The notes beneath the pieces were generated by a model that saw only the letters and a list, made by a program, of their open reading frames with translations, had not been told where the DNA came from and ran no database searches. The translations under genes and the position numbers were made by a program. Shown here piece by piece: positions 29,879-38,924 of a stretch of 64,000 nucleotides of DNA. The DNA lies in NCBI GenBank assembly GCA_964438895.1, contig CAYTMJ010000006.1:12100-76099 (forward strand). The letters run 5' to 3'. Position 1 is the stretch's first letter. Every line of letters begins with the position of its first letter. This DNA comes from an uncultured Syntrophobacterales bacterium (GTDB lineage Bacteria; Desulfobacterota; Binatia; UBA9968; JAJDTQ01).

Positions 29879-30880
29879 TCAGCCTACTCCAAACAGTCGC
29901 TCCGCGTTACCGCCCAGGATCTTGTCCTTGTCCGCTTGATCTATTCGAATCTTGTCGATTATCTCCAAGGGCTTGAGGTCACCAATACCGAATGGGCAGT
30001 CGCTACCCAGTAGCACATGATCTGCACCCACTTCCGCTACTAGAAATTCTAACACATCCGGTTCGAATACTATTGTGTCATAGTAGAACCAGCGTAGAAC
30101 ATCACGGCCCATGAGCGAAGTATGCTTCTGGATCTCGGGCTGGATCTCCCGACCACGCGTCATCCGACCGAACTGGTAGGGCAGAAATCCGCCGCCGTGA
30201 CACAGGATAATCTTTAGGTCCGGAAAGCGATCCAACACCCCTCCATAGTACAAGCAAGCCACCCCCACCGTGGTATCCGCCAGCAAACCCACAATATGGG
30301 TCAGAAAATACTTACTCAGCCGTTCGATACCTAAGGGATTCAAGGGATGAATTATGAGTGGCACTTGCAAGCGCTCGGCGGTTTTCCAGAAGGGATCCAG
30401 CGATGGATTGTCCAGGTTCATGCCATCAATATTGGAGCCGATCATAGCGCCCATTAGGTCGCACTCCTGGACTGCGTATTCCAACTCCTCAGCGGCCCGC
30501 TCGCCATCCTGCAAAGGCACCGTAGCAGTACCCCGGAACAAGCCGTCCTTGTCACCGTCAGCCAAAGCCTCACGCATGCAGTCGTTCAGCATACGACTCC
30601 AACCCACGGCCTGTTCGACCGGAAGAGTGTAACCCACGACATCCATCCACGCGGACAGGATCTGCCGGTCCAGGTGAGTCTCCCTAACGGTCTCCTTGCG
30701 CTTGGGGAGGTTCGTGGCCGGCGTCAAAATAGGCCGGGCCAACGGCCGCCCCTTCCCCAGTCGAAGACGCGGTCCCTGTGGGGTTTCCTCTCCTACTTCC
30801 ACCCCAAAGGATGGTCCGTCCTTTCGGACCCGTTCCAGAACAGCGGCAGGTACATAGTGCGCGTGGCAATCGATTTTCAT
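29879..30880 (-). CDS. Amidohydrolase-2 family protein (ACMSD/LigW-type metal-dependent decarboxylase or hydrolase)
   Basis: MKIDCHAHY... N-terminal HxH metal site, internal His and a C-terminal D of the TIM-barrel amidohydrolase_2 fold. Start at 30880. Confidence 0.7.
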   Translation of the reverse strand: MKIDCHAHYVPAAVLERVRKDGPSFGVEVGEETPQGPRLRLGKGRPLARPILTPATNLPKRKETVRETHLDRQILSAWMDVVGYTLPVEQAVGWSRMLNDCMREALADGDKDGLFRGTATVPLQDGERAAEELEYAVQECDLMGAMIGSNIDGMNLDNPSLDPFWKTAERLQVPLIIHPLNPLGIERLSKYFLTHIVGLLADTTVGVACLYYGGVLDRFPDLKIILCHGGGFLPYQFGRMTRGREIQPEIQKHTSLMGRDVLRWFYYDTIVFEPDVLEFLVAEVGADHVLLGSDCPFGIGDLKPLEIIDKIRIDQADKDKILGGNAERLFGVG

Positions 30881-31249
30881 GGTGCTTCCTGCTCCCGCGA
30901 GAGCGGCGCGTGGCTGAGTTCCACGTTCACCGCTACCCGCCCCAAAGAGGCGTGCCGACTGGTGCAGACGGGATCGCGACAAGTTTGACCTCGACCACCG
31001 TCAGTCCTCCATAATCGTACAAGGCCGAGACGGTCGCCTACCTGAAGCGCCTCCGTTGCGTTTCGAAATCTGTATATCACTTTTTGGACCAGCGCCGTCA
31101 ACTGCCAGGATGCATCGGCCTCGGTACTACGTCGTCCTGCAGCACCCCTCCCTTCCGTTTGCGGAGGCCCCGTCTATTGGATACGTATTACAAGAATACT
31201 TATTTGGAAGGGCCACATCGAATGCCTCGAAGGGAGACCGGAGCACATC

Positions 31250-32131
31250 GTGAAGATCGGGGTCGGACTACCGTTCAAAACCTCCAGGGATAGCTGGCCC
31301 GCCATCGAAGCCCTGGCACGGAAGGTGGACCAAGGCCCGTACTCCAGCATCGCTGTCATTGACCGGCTCGCATACGACAACTATGAGGCACTCACCATGC
31401 TGGCCGCCCTAGCTTCGATCACCAAACGCATACGACTCATGACCGCAGTGCTAGTGGGGCCACTCAGAGGTGCCGGAGTACTAGCAAAGCAGGCGGCTAC
31501 CATCGACGCTGTGTCCGGAGGACGCCTCAGCCTGGGGATTGCCGTAGGGAGTCGAGAAGACGATGCGTTGGTGGCTCCGTCCAGTTTTCACGACCGTGGT
31601 CGCCGCTTTAGCAGTCAGCTCGAACTCATGCGCAGGATCTGGCACGGAGAACTCGTCAACGGCAGTCAGCGACCCGTAGGCCCGGAAACGGTTCAGTCGA
31701 GGGGCCCGGAGCTACTGATCGGAGGTACCGCTCCGCGCGCCTTGGACCGAGTCGGCAAATATGCAGACGGGTACGTCATGGGTGGGAGGGCCCTGGACCA
31801 GAAGTGGGCAGAAAACATTCTCCAAATCATCGACGAATCGTGGCGCGCTCATGGCCGTATCGGGCGACCACGAATCGTGGCGTCAATGCTAACGGCGCTC
31901 GGACCGGGGGCTGAGGATTCCATACGTTGCGCGTTTGCGGACTATTACGGTAATGACCCTGCACGCCTCAAGACCCGTGTTTCCCGAGCCAATTTGACCA
32001 CTCCGGAAAGCATCCGTGAGGCCATCTGTTTCCATCGAGATTTGGGCACGGATGAATTGATCCTCAAGCCCGCGACCCTCGCACCGAAGCAATTGGATCT
32101 GCTTACGGAGGTCGTCAACAAGGAACAGTGA
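31250..32131 (+). CDS. LLM-class flavin/F420-dependent oxidoreductase
   Basis: GTG start. Luciferase-like TIM-barrel pattern. 293 aa. Confidence 0.7.
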   Translation: MKIGVGLPFKTSRDSWPAIEALARKVDQGPYSSIAVIDRLAYDNYEALTMLAALASITKRIRLMTAVLVGPLRGAGVLAKQAATIDAVSGGRLSLGIAVGSREDDALVAPSSFHDRGRRFSSQLELMRRIWHGELVNGSQRPVGPETVQSRGPELLIGGTAPRALDRVGKYADGYVMGGRALDQKWAENILQIIDESWRAHGRIGRPRIVASMLTALGPGAEDSIRCAFADYYGNDPARLKTRVSRANLTTPESIREAICFHRDLGTDELILKPATLAPKQLDLLTEVVNKEQ

Positions 32132-33039
32132 TGCCACCAAGCAGTCTCGTCCCGACAGGACATGAGGTCTATCTGGACCACGTGGGTCTTTTCGTCCCGG
32201 ACTTCGACGCTTCCCCCCGAAGACTCCGGCAATTAGGCTTTGCCCTAACGCCCTTTGTCGCCCATATGGCCAGCACCGAGCCCGGCGTCACGGCCACACC
32301 CAGCGGCACCGGCAACCAGTGTGCCATTTTTAACCAGGGCTATCTCGAGATGCTTGGGCCAACAGTAGATACCTCACTTTCACGCCAACTCCGAGCACAG
32401 CTCAACCGTTACCCTGGATGGCATCTTATCGCCTTCGCAGCCAACCATCCCGAGGCAAACCATAAACGCATTAGTCGAGACGGCCTTAACCCTCTCCCGC
32501 TGGTACGCCTCGCCCGGCCCGTACCTACGGACAACGGCGAGGCAACCTGCCGTTTCTCGGTCATTCGCGTTCCTCCCGAGGCGATGCCAGAGGGTCGCAT
32601 CCAGATCGTAACACATCACACCCCGGAACTAGTGTGGCAACGCCGCTACCAGCACCAACCTAACGGTGCCACGGCCCTCACTGGCGTACTTATATGCGTA
32701 GAGGACCCACAGGAGGCAGCTACGCGCTTCAGCCGATTCGTCGGGGTCAAGTCCGTGGCAAGCAACAACACGTGGGAGATGCGGCTCCATAAAGGCCGCG
32801 TCGTCTTCATCGATGATCGGCATTTTCGCGAGCTCTTCCCGCGCCGGGAGTTACCCTGTACCCCCTACATTGCCGAAGTATCCTTACGAACAGACGATCT
32901 CGCGACCACTCGACATTTTTTTGCCACCGCAGACATCCGCATTGAAACCCCAACCGACCACGCTCTACGAGTGCCAGACACTGAGGCCCTAGGGGCATCT
33001 TTTCTGTTCCATCAATTACCAGAGGCGGGGGTCTTTTGA
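32131..33039 (+). CDS. VOC-family (glyoxalase/dioxygenase-like) domain protein, hypothetical
   Basis: LDHVGLFVPDFDAS..LGF is typical of the VOC betaalphabetabetabeta module. TGATG coupling to the upstream LLM gene. Confidence 0.45.
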   Translation: MPPSSLVPTGHEVYLDHVGLFVPDFDASPRRLRQLGFALTPFVAHMASTEPGVTATPSGTGNQCAIFNQGYLEMLGPTVDTSLSRQLRAQLNRYPGWHLIAFAANHPEANHKRISRDGLNPLPLVRLARPVPTDNGEATCRFSVIRVPPEAMPEGRIQIVTHHTPELVWQRRYQHQPNGATALTGVLICVEDPQEAATRFSRFVGVKSVASNNTWEMRLHKGRVVFIDDRHFRELFPRRELPCTPYIAEVSLRTDDLATTRHFFATADIRIETPTDHALRVPDTEALGASFLFHQLPEAGVF

Positions 33040-34406
33040 ACGTTAACAGCCAGTACGAATTCGATCTGTTCACCATTGGCGCGGGCTCAGGAGGCGTGCG
33101 CGCAAGCCGAATGTCGGCCGCCTATGGTGCCCGGGTCGCCGTAGCTGAGGAACGCTATCTGGGAGGCACCTGCGTCAACGTCGGCTGCATTCCCAAGAAG
33201 CTCCTAACCTACAGCTCACACTTCGCCCACGACTTTGAGGACGCCGCGGGCTTCGGCTGGACCGTAGGCAAGCGAGCCTTCGACTGGTCGTCCCTGATCC
33301 GGAACAAAGACCGGGAGATTGCGCGCCTCAATTCAGTCTACCACAATCTGCTCTCAAGCTCGGGGGTTAAGGTTTTCGATTCGCGGGCCACGGTCTTAAG
33401 CCCGCACTCCGTCATGGTAGGAGACCAGACGTTCACTACTGCCAACATCCTTGTAGCCACCGGCGGTTGGCCCACACTACCGAATATTCCAGGCAAAGAG
33501 CACGCCATTACCTCTAACGAAGCGTTCCAGCTTGCGGAGATGCCGAAGCACATCGTCATTGTCGGGGGCGGCTATATCGGGGTGGAATTTGCTGGCATCT
33601 TCAACGGGCTCGGGGCCGAGGTAACCCAACTCTATCGCGGCCCACTGTTCATGCGCGGCTTCGACATCGACGTCCGGAATACCCTGGCCGGTGAAATGCA
33701 GAAGCAAGGTGTCGACCTCCGGTTCGACACCGAAATCGCCGGCATCGAGAAAAACCCCGGGGGCCTAACGATTGCTTTAAAAGACGCGCAGCCAATGAGA
33801 ACCGACGCGGTGATGTTCGCTACCGGCCGACTGCCCAATACCCGGGGGCTAGGCATTGAGGAAATTGGCGTCGAGCTAGCCACCAACGGCGCGGTCGTGG
33901 TCGACGAGCATTTCCAGACCAACGTCCCAGCCATATACGCCCTGGGTGACGTGACGGACAAGGTCAACCTCACGCCCGTGGCCATAGCCGAGGCAATGAC
34001 ATTCGCACGGACACTCTTCAAAGACGACGTCGCATCGATGGATTACCTAAACATTCCGTCCGCGGTCTTCAGTCAACCCCCGGTCGCCACGGTGGGATAC
34101 ACCGAAGATGTCGCCCGGGAATACTGCAAGGAGGTGGATGTTTATCGGTCTACGTTCAAGCCACTCAAGCATACTCTGTCAGGGCGGAACGAAAAGACCA
34201 TGATGAAACTCATCGTCGAGAGAGCGACGGATCGGGTGGTCGGCTGCCACATGGTTGGGGCCGATGCCGGCGAGATAATACAAGGCCTAGCTGTGGCCCT
34301 CAACTGCGGTGCCACGAAGGCTGATTTCGACCGGACCATCGGTATTCACCCCACGGCTGCGGAAGAGTTCGTAACCATGCGCGAACCCGTCACTGCCAAC
34401 AACTAA
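33036..34406 (+). CDS. Glutathione-disulfide reductase-like pyridine nucleotide-disulfide oxidoreductase
   Basis: FDLFTIGAGSGG, redox-active GGTCVNVGCIPKK, C-terminal HPT.AEE dimerisation motif. TTG start overlapping the upstream stop. Confidence 0.8.
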   Translation: MNVNSQYEFDLFTIGAGSGGVRASRMSAAYGARVAVAEERYLGGTCVNVGCIPKKLLTYSSHFAHDFEDAAGFGWTVGKRAFDWSSLIRNKDREIARLNSVYHNLLSSSGVKVFDSRATVLSPHSVMVGDQTFTTANILVATGGWPTLPNIPGKEHAITSNEAFQLAEMPKHIVIVGGGYIGVEFAGIFNGLGAEVTQLYRGPLFMRGFDIDVRNTLAGEMQKQGVDLRFDTEIAGIEKNPGGLTIALKDAQPMRTDAVMFATGRLPNTRGLGIEEIGVELATNGAVVVDEHFQTNVPAIYALGDVTDKVNLTPVAIAEAMTFARTLFKDDVASMDYLNIPSAVFSQPPVATVGYTEDVAREYCKEVDVYRSTFKPLKHTLSGRNEKTMMKLIVERATDRVVGCHMVGADAGEIIQGLAVALNCGATKADFDRTIGIHPTAAEEFVTMREPVTANN

Positions 34407-34484
34407 TGCAGGTTCTAACTCGAGTGTTTTGCAAGTTCGGAACGGGTTGCCGGGCTCAATGCTCATCCCGACGAGTTCAAAACG

Positions 34485-34820
34485 ATGCAACGAATTAAAT
34501 TGAGCTTGCTTATGTTCTTTGTTCTGGGGTTGGCCAGCGCCTGTAGCGAAGATTCACAAACGGTGGGCACGCCGGATCCAGAGCGCGGGAAAAGGGTCTA
34601 TGTTGCAACATGTATCATGTGTCACAACATAGACCCCAGCCAGAGAGGCTCCCAAGGCCCAGCCATCCGCGGAGCTTCAGTGCAGCTATTAGAAGCCAAG
34701 GTCCTGCACAAGCGCTATCCGATTGGGCACAAACCCAAGCGAAAAACCAAGGCTATGCCTACCTACCCGCAACTGAGAAAAAGAATTCCCGACATCGCTG
34801 CTTTTCTAGCGCAGCCGTAA
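34485..34820 (+). CDS. Monoheme class-I c-type cytochrome, probable lipoprotein
   Basis: Signal peptide with lipobox LGLASAC, single CIMCH heme-binding motif, downstream Met ligand. Confidence 0.75.
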   Translation: MQRIKLSLLMFFVLGLASACSEDSQTVGTPDPERGKRVYVATCIMCHNIDPSQRGSQGPAIRGASVQLLEAKVLHKRYPIGHKPKRKTKAMPTYPQLRKRIPDIAAFLAQP

Positions 34821-34825
34821 GCGTT

Positions 34826-35527
34826 CTATGCAATCTCCAAAAGCACCCAGAACACAGCGGTAAGAATGAAACCGCTCCAGATTGTTCCGGGAATGGACGT
34901 AAGGAGTTTCTTGGTGCCACCACCAGGATTTCCTACCAATGCGTTTAACTCGACTATAGCGATGATCACAAGGCCAACAATCCAAAACATCGCCAAATTA
35001 CCACTAGACTCGCCATGAGGATAGTGGCTCGCCGCGCCCATCAGAAACAGCATGGGTATGGAGAACAGAGTATTTGTACGGGATGCAAAGCCCGCCCACT
35101 GACCCTTGCTCGCAGCGTTTGGCAGTGGCTCTCCGCCCTCAGCCACCTTATTAGCAGAGGCGATGACCACCTGCTGATTGGGCCAAATCACCAGCCACAC
35201 ATTAAGGAACATAAGCGTACCCATGGTTCCACCCATGGTAATGGCCATACCGTAGCCGGAACTGAGGAAGTCTCCTCCCAACTGCATGTACTTGATGAGC
35301 CAGAGGAGAATACCCGCCAAGAAGGTGAACATGGCACCCCAACGGAACCACCAGAGGGCGCGTGGCACGAGCTTTTGTATCGCGCCTGTACGGGTCCCCG
35401 CCTCGGTCTCAGCGAAGAACGGGGTCTGTACGAAGTTGAAATAGTAGAGCAGGCCAATCCAAGTGACACCGGCCAAGAAATGCACCCAACGCAATAAGAA
35501 TTGAACGAGTTCCATCGAGTCCATCAA
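34826..35527 (-). CDS. Integral membrane protein of unknown function (about 6 TM)
   Basis: 233 aa, hydrophobic. It has its own strong promoter and an AAAGGGGAGG Shine-Dalgarno. It lies tail-to-tail with the cytochrome c gene. Confidence 0.5.
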   Translation of the reverse strand: MMDSMELVQFLLRWVHFLAGVTWIGLLYYFNFVQTPFFAETEAGTRTGAIQKLVPRALWWFRWGAMFTFLAGILLWLIKYMQLGGDFLSSGYGMAITMGGTMGTLMFLNVWLVIWPNQQVVIASANKVAEGGEPLPNAASKGQWAGFASRTNTLFSIPMLFLMGAASHYPHGESSGNLAMFWIVGLVIIAIVELNALVGNPGGGTKKLLTSIPGTIWSGFILTAVFWVLLEIA

Positions 35528-35571
35528 GAACCTCCCCTTTGCTACTGGTCGATAAAATACAAAGCGTTGAC

Positions 35572-35601
35572 ATTATATCCTGTCACGACACGACGCGTCA
35601 A
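35572..35601 (-). promoter_or_regulatory. Strong sigma70-type promoter on the minus strand: TTGACG, 18-nt spacer, TATAAT
   Basis: -35 at 35596-35601 and consensus -10 at 35572-35577 (minus-strand reading). The promoter sits about 40 nt upstream of the membrane-protein ATG. Confidence 0.45.
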
Positions 35602-35625
35602 CAAATATTTCACTTACACCGCGAT

Positions 35626-37842
35626 TCAATCCTCTCCTAAAAAGCGGGCGAACCGCTCGTAGAGTTCGCGTAGTCTGGCTTTATAGTAGTCTACATTCTC
35701 GTCGGGGCTCGCAGGGTCCCACTCAGACACATTCCGGCAATTCGTATTCACCATGACGTTGGCACCTTGGCCTACGACGTAGTAGGAAATCTGGTCCCCC
35801 GATAGGTAGTTGCGTTCCGAGCGCAACGCCACCTCGTAGGCACCCCTGGGATGCTGCTTCCCTCCCTTAACTTTCATCTGGTAATCGTCCAACGATTCAC
35901 GCAAAGTTTCGATCCGCTTCAAAAGCAGCAGGTCCAAACGGTGGCTGCCAATCGCGTCGCGATACCGCTCGTACAGTGCTCGGACCTCGTGGTCACGCCC
36001 GTTGAACAGGAGCATCAGAATTTGCTGCAGCCACTCGCGCCGGTAGCGTTCAAGCCCACGTGGGCTTAGATCAGAGCCAACAACGATTTGTTGGTCGTGT
36101 TCGTCCAGCAGCGCATAATTCCCCGGGGCATAGCAAAAGATCGCCCGGTATTGGGCGACTGGAAACTCCACTTTCCGGGGGAATAACGATGCCACCTCCA
36201 CCCTTAGGGCAGCCTCCTCCTGGGCTCGGGAAACCCCCGCAGGAGGTACGACGTATATGCCGTTAGCATCCACGGTAACCATGCGGTGCCCGCGCTGATC
36301 GAACCACCCCACCAGCTTCTTGGTGTGTTCATCCGCAGCTTGCGTTACGAACTCCGCCACACGAAAATCGTTGAAGTGGCCAGTTGCACACACCAGGTAG
36401 TCGTGGAAGGAGTCCATCAATACCTTGAGTCCTGACCGGATCGTCCCAACAATCCGGTTATCGTCCCCTATCAGGGATGCGTTGTCGCACTGCCCGCCCC
36501 GTTCCCACAGGTCCCTGACCCCCCCCAAAAGAGCCGAAAAGATTCCGAGGTCATCGGTCTCCGGACGACAATCGAGGTCCAGCATTACAGCCGCATGGAG
36601 TGACGTAACGTCGCAATGCAGCACTGGCCGTGACACACCCTCTACCTCCAGGGTCGCGTACTTCTCCGCAACCGGCGCTGCAGCTAAGGGGGAAGGTATC
36701 GAATGGCCTTGAGCCGAGTATTCTCGAAGCATGAGCCGATCAATCTTTGTCGGCTCATTCGTAAGGGCCGTGTCCTGGAAACTATATGGAAAGATCTGGG
36801 CCTGAACAAAATAGTTGGGGGAGAGCACCGCCGAAATCTCTCGAGTTTCACGAACGTCGTCAAGTGCGTAATGAAACAGTGTCTCTGGATCGTGATCAAA
36901 ATACCAACTCGCTTGGTCACCCGGGATGTACGTCCGCTGGGGCGCTGCAACACCGAAATGGCGAGCAACATCCTTGAGACCATTGCGCCTGAGCTCGCGA
37001 TTCACCAGACTGTAATACTGAGCGAGGAACCAGGTATCGATGACGTGGCGACCGTAGATACTATAGTAGGGATACGGAATAACCCGATCGCCAACTTGGA
37101 ACCGCGCCTGACGATGCCGAAGCACGCTACCGTCCCTACCTACCCTCAGATCCACGTCATACCGTTGGGCTCGCTCGTCGATGTAAGGCAGGTCGAAGCG
37201 AAAGATGTTGTGACCCTCGATAACGTCTGGGTTGCGATCGCAGATTTCCCGGGCCATTTCGGCCAGCATCTCGGCCTCTTCGTACTCCCTACCGGAAATG
37301 AGACGTTCCCAGCCGCTACTGTCTGACATTGCGATAGCGGTGATACGGTCGCCTTCTCGTAGCGGATTGGGAAACTCGAAACCATTCGTCCGATACACCT
37401 CCAAATCTATCTGCATGCGCACGAGTTGATCGAAACCCAGGCCAAGAAAATGTGTCATTCCCGACCGCAGAAGAAATTGCTGCACGGGATCGGCGAGAAG
37501 AAAATGCGAAGCCCCGTGAACGCCAGGCCTCCTGCCACTCCTACGTTGGAGGTAAGACTTCGCCGACTCCATGCTTTCTAGATCGGGAAATCGCACCATG
37601 AAACGGAATGTACGGGTTCCCGACAGCGGATCAATTTGGCAAGAACCTTTCCACCCGGCAATCCTCTCCTCGGAGGTGAGCCAGAAAAACGGCTCGAACG
37701 GAAGAACTGCCGAAACCACCGTTCCTGAATCCCGGGAGAAGATTCGGATCTGGCGACCCCCCTCTGGCTCCAGAGCCACTATCGCCGGGGTCGTATCCGA
37801 GCCGAACAGTAAGGGAGTATATTTGGGGGTCATATCGCACAT
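35626..37842 (-). CDS. Family-B (Pol II-like) DNA polymerase homologue with intact 3'-5' exonuclease motifs and degenerate polymerase motifs
   Basis: Exonuclease motifs are intact: Exo I ...MQIDLEVYRTNGFEFPNP..., Exo II GHNIFRFDLPYI, Exo III FHYALDDV. Polymerase motifs are degenerate: motif A CDVTSLHAAV (consensus DxxSLYPS), motif B KVLMDSFHDYL (consensus KIMMNSFYGVL), motif C TVDANGIYV (consensus YGDTDS) and a KKRY-equivalent GNYA. Motif order and spacing match E. coli Pol II. Confidence 0.6.
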   Translation of the reverse strand: MCDMTPKYTPLLFGSDTTPAIVALEPEGGRQIRIFSRDSGTVVSAVLPFEPFFWLTSEERIAGWKGSCQIDPLSGTRTFRFMVRFPDLESMESAKSYLQRRSGRRPGVHGASHFLLADPVQQFLLRSGMTHFLGLGFDQLVRMQIDLEVYRTNGFEFPNPLREGDRITAIAMSDSSGWERLISGREYEEAEMLAEMAREICDRNPDVIEGHNIFRFDLPYIDERAQRYDVDLRVGRDGSVLRHRQARFQVGDRVIPYPYYSIYGRHVIDTWFLAQYYSLVNRELRRNGLKDVARHFGVAAPQRTYIPGDQASWYFDHDPETLFHYALDDVRETREISAVLSPNYFVQAQIFPYSFQDTALTNEPTKIDRLMLREYSAQGHSIPSPLAAAPVAEKYATLEVEGVSRPVLHCDVTSLHAAVMLDLDCRPETDDLGIFSALLGGVRDLWERGGQCDNASLIGDDNRIVGTIRSGLKVLMDSFHDYLVCATGHFNDFRVAEFVTQAADEHTKKLVGWFDQRGHRMVTVDANGIYVVPPAGVSRAQEEAALRVEVASLFPRKVEFPVAQYRAIFCYAPGNYALLDEHDQQIVVGSDLSPRGLERYRREWLQQILMLLFNGRDHEVRALYERYRDAIGSHRLDLLLLKRIETLRESLDDYQMKVKGGKQHPRGAYEVALRSERNYLSGDQISYYVVGQGANVMVNTNCRNVSEWDPASPDENVDYYKARLRELYERFARFLGED

Positions 37843-37939
37843 GATGGATCAACCTGCGAGGGATCATCGTGACGAAACCGGGACCCCATCGACCTTCTAC
37901 CAGATCTGGTACTGCCATGAACAGATGTGCTAAAGAATA

Positions 37940-38728
37940 ATGATGGCATCCGAAGCCGTGTCCCATATTCGCCGCCCCCGTTTGCGACAACCATTTCTCA
38001 TCTTGTCGTTCTCAGGTTGGAGCGATGCGGGGTCCTCGGCCACCTCCGCGGTCCGCTATCTGATTGAGCAACTACTAGCCTCTGAGTTGGCCAAGATCGA
38101 TCCGGAAGATTACTACGACTTCTCAGTACAACGGCCGCATGTGCGTTTGGTGGATGGACAGCGGGAAATCGAGTGGCCCTCCTATGATTTCCACTACTAC
38201 AAGTCAGGGGGCGAATTAGAACGGGATTTTATCTTCGCTTCTGGGGTCGAACCCCACTTACGTTGGAAGTCTTTCTCCAGCACCCTGTTACAGCTCGCGC
38301 AAGAGTGGAACGTCACACGGGTCATCACTCTAGGGGCCCTTCTTGACGAGGTTCTCTACACCAAGCCAGTACCTCTGAACGGTTCCTCATCCGACCCAGA
38401 ATTAATGAAGGAGCTCGACTTCACGCCTTCCCAGTACCAAGGGCCCACTGGCATCGTCGGGGTTTTGGGGGACACCTTCCGCAAGGAAAGCATGCCACAC
38501 GTAAGCCTCTGGGCTGCGCTACCGCACTACCTGGCGCTTTCTCCAAACCCGCGCGGAACCCTGGCGCTAGTACTACGCCTCACACAATGGCTCGGGATCC
38601 GCATTGACACGGGCCCCTTGGAACGTGCCGCCGGTGAATTTCAGAATAAAGTCAATGAGGTGGTCGATAGCGACCCCAACCTCATGGCTCTGGTGCGGGA
38701 GCTTAAGAAACACGAGTTCGAACAATAG
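37940..38728 (+). CDS. PAC2-family protein (proteasome-assembly-chaperone-like fold)
   Basis: N-terminal ...FLILSFSGWSDAGSSATSAVRYL... matches the PAC2 G-W-x-D-A-G signature. 262 aa. No obvious Shine-Dalgarno. Confidence 0.6.
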   Translation: MMASEAVSHIRRPRLRQPFLILSFSGWSDAGSSATSAVRYLIEQLLASELAKIDPEDYYDFSVQRPHVRLVDGQREIEWPSYDFHYYKSGGELERDFIFASGVEPHLRWKSFSSTLLQLAQEWNVTRVITLGALLDEVLYTKPVPLNGSSSDPELMKELDFTPSQYQGPTGIVGVLGDTFRKESMPHVSLWAALPHYLALSPNPRGTLALVLRLTQWLGIRIDTGPLERAAGEFQNKVNEVVDSDPNLMALVRELKKHEFEQ

Positions 38729-38924
38729 TGGAAAAGGCATTTACGCGGAAACCACCATCGCTTTTCAGCCTTATGGCGGAGATGCAACCCACCGTCAACC
38801 CCGTTTGGTGTCCTCCGAAACTGACAAACCCGAGGAAACGTTCACCGAACTCAACTGCAAAATTAGGAGGTCTTTCACCAGTGGAACCGATTGCCCAAAC
38901 AAACGAAACTGCCGGCCCGCAAGC

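Noticed and set aside
35566-35577. TTGACA immediately followed by TTATAT on the + strand
   Set aside because: There is no spacer between the hexamers. The convincing promoter here is on the minus strand (TTGACG-18-TATAAT).
38864-38883. AGGAGG followed by GTG at 38881
   Set aside because: In that frame the GTG yields only a 16-codon peptide before a stop. I do not treat it as a gene start.
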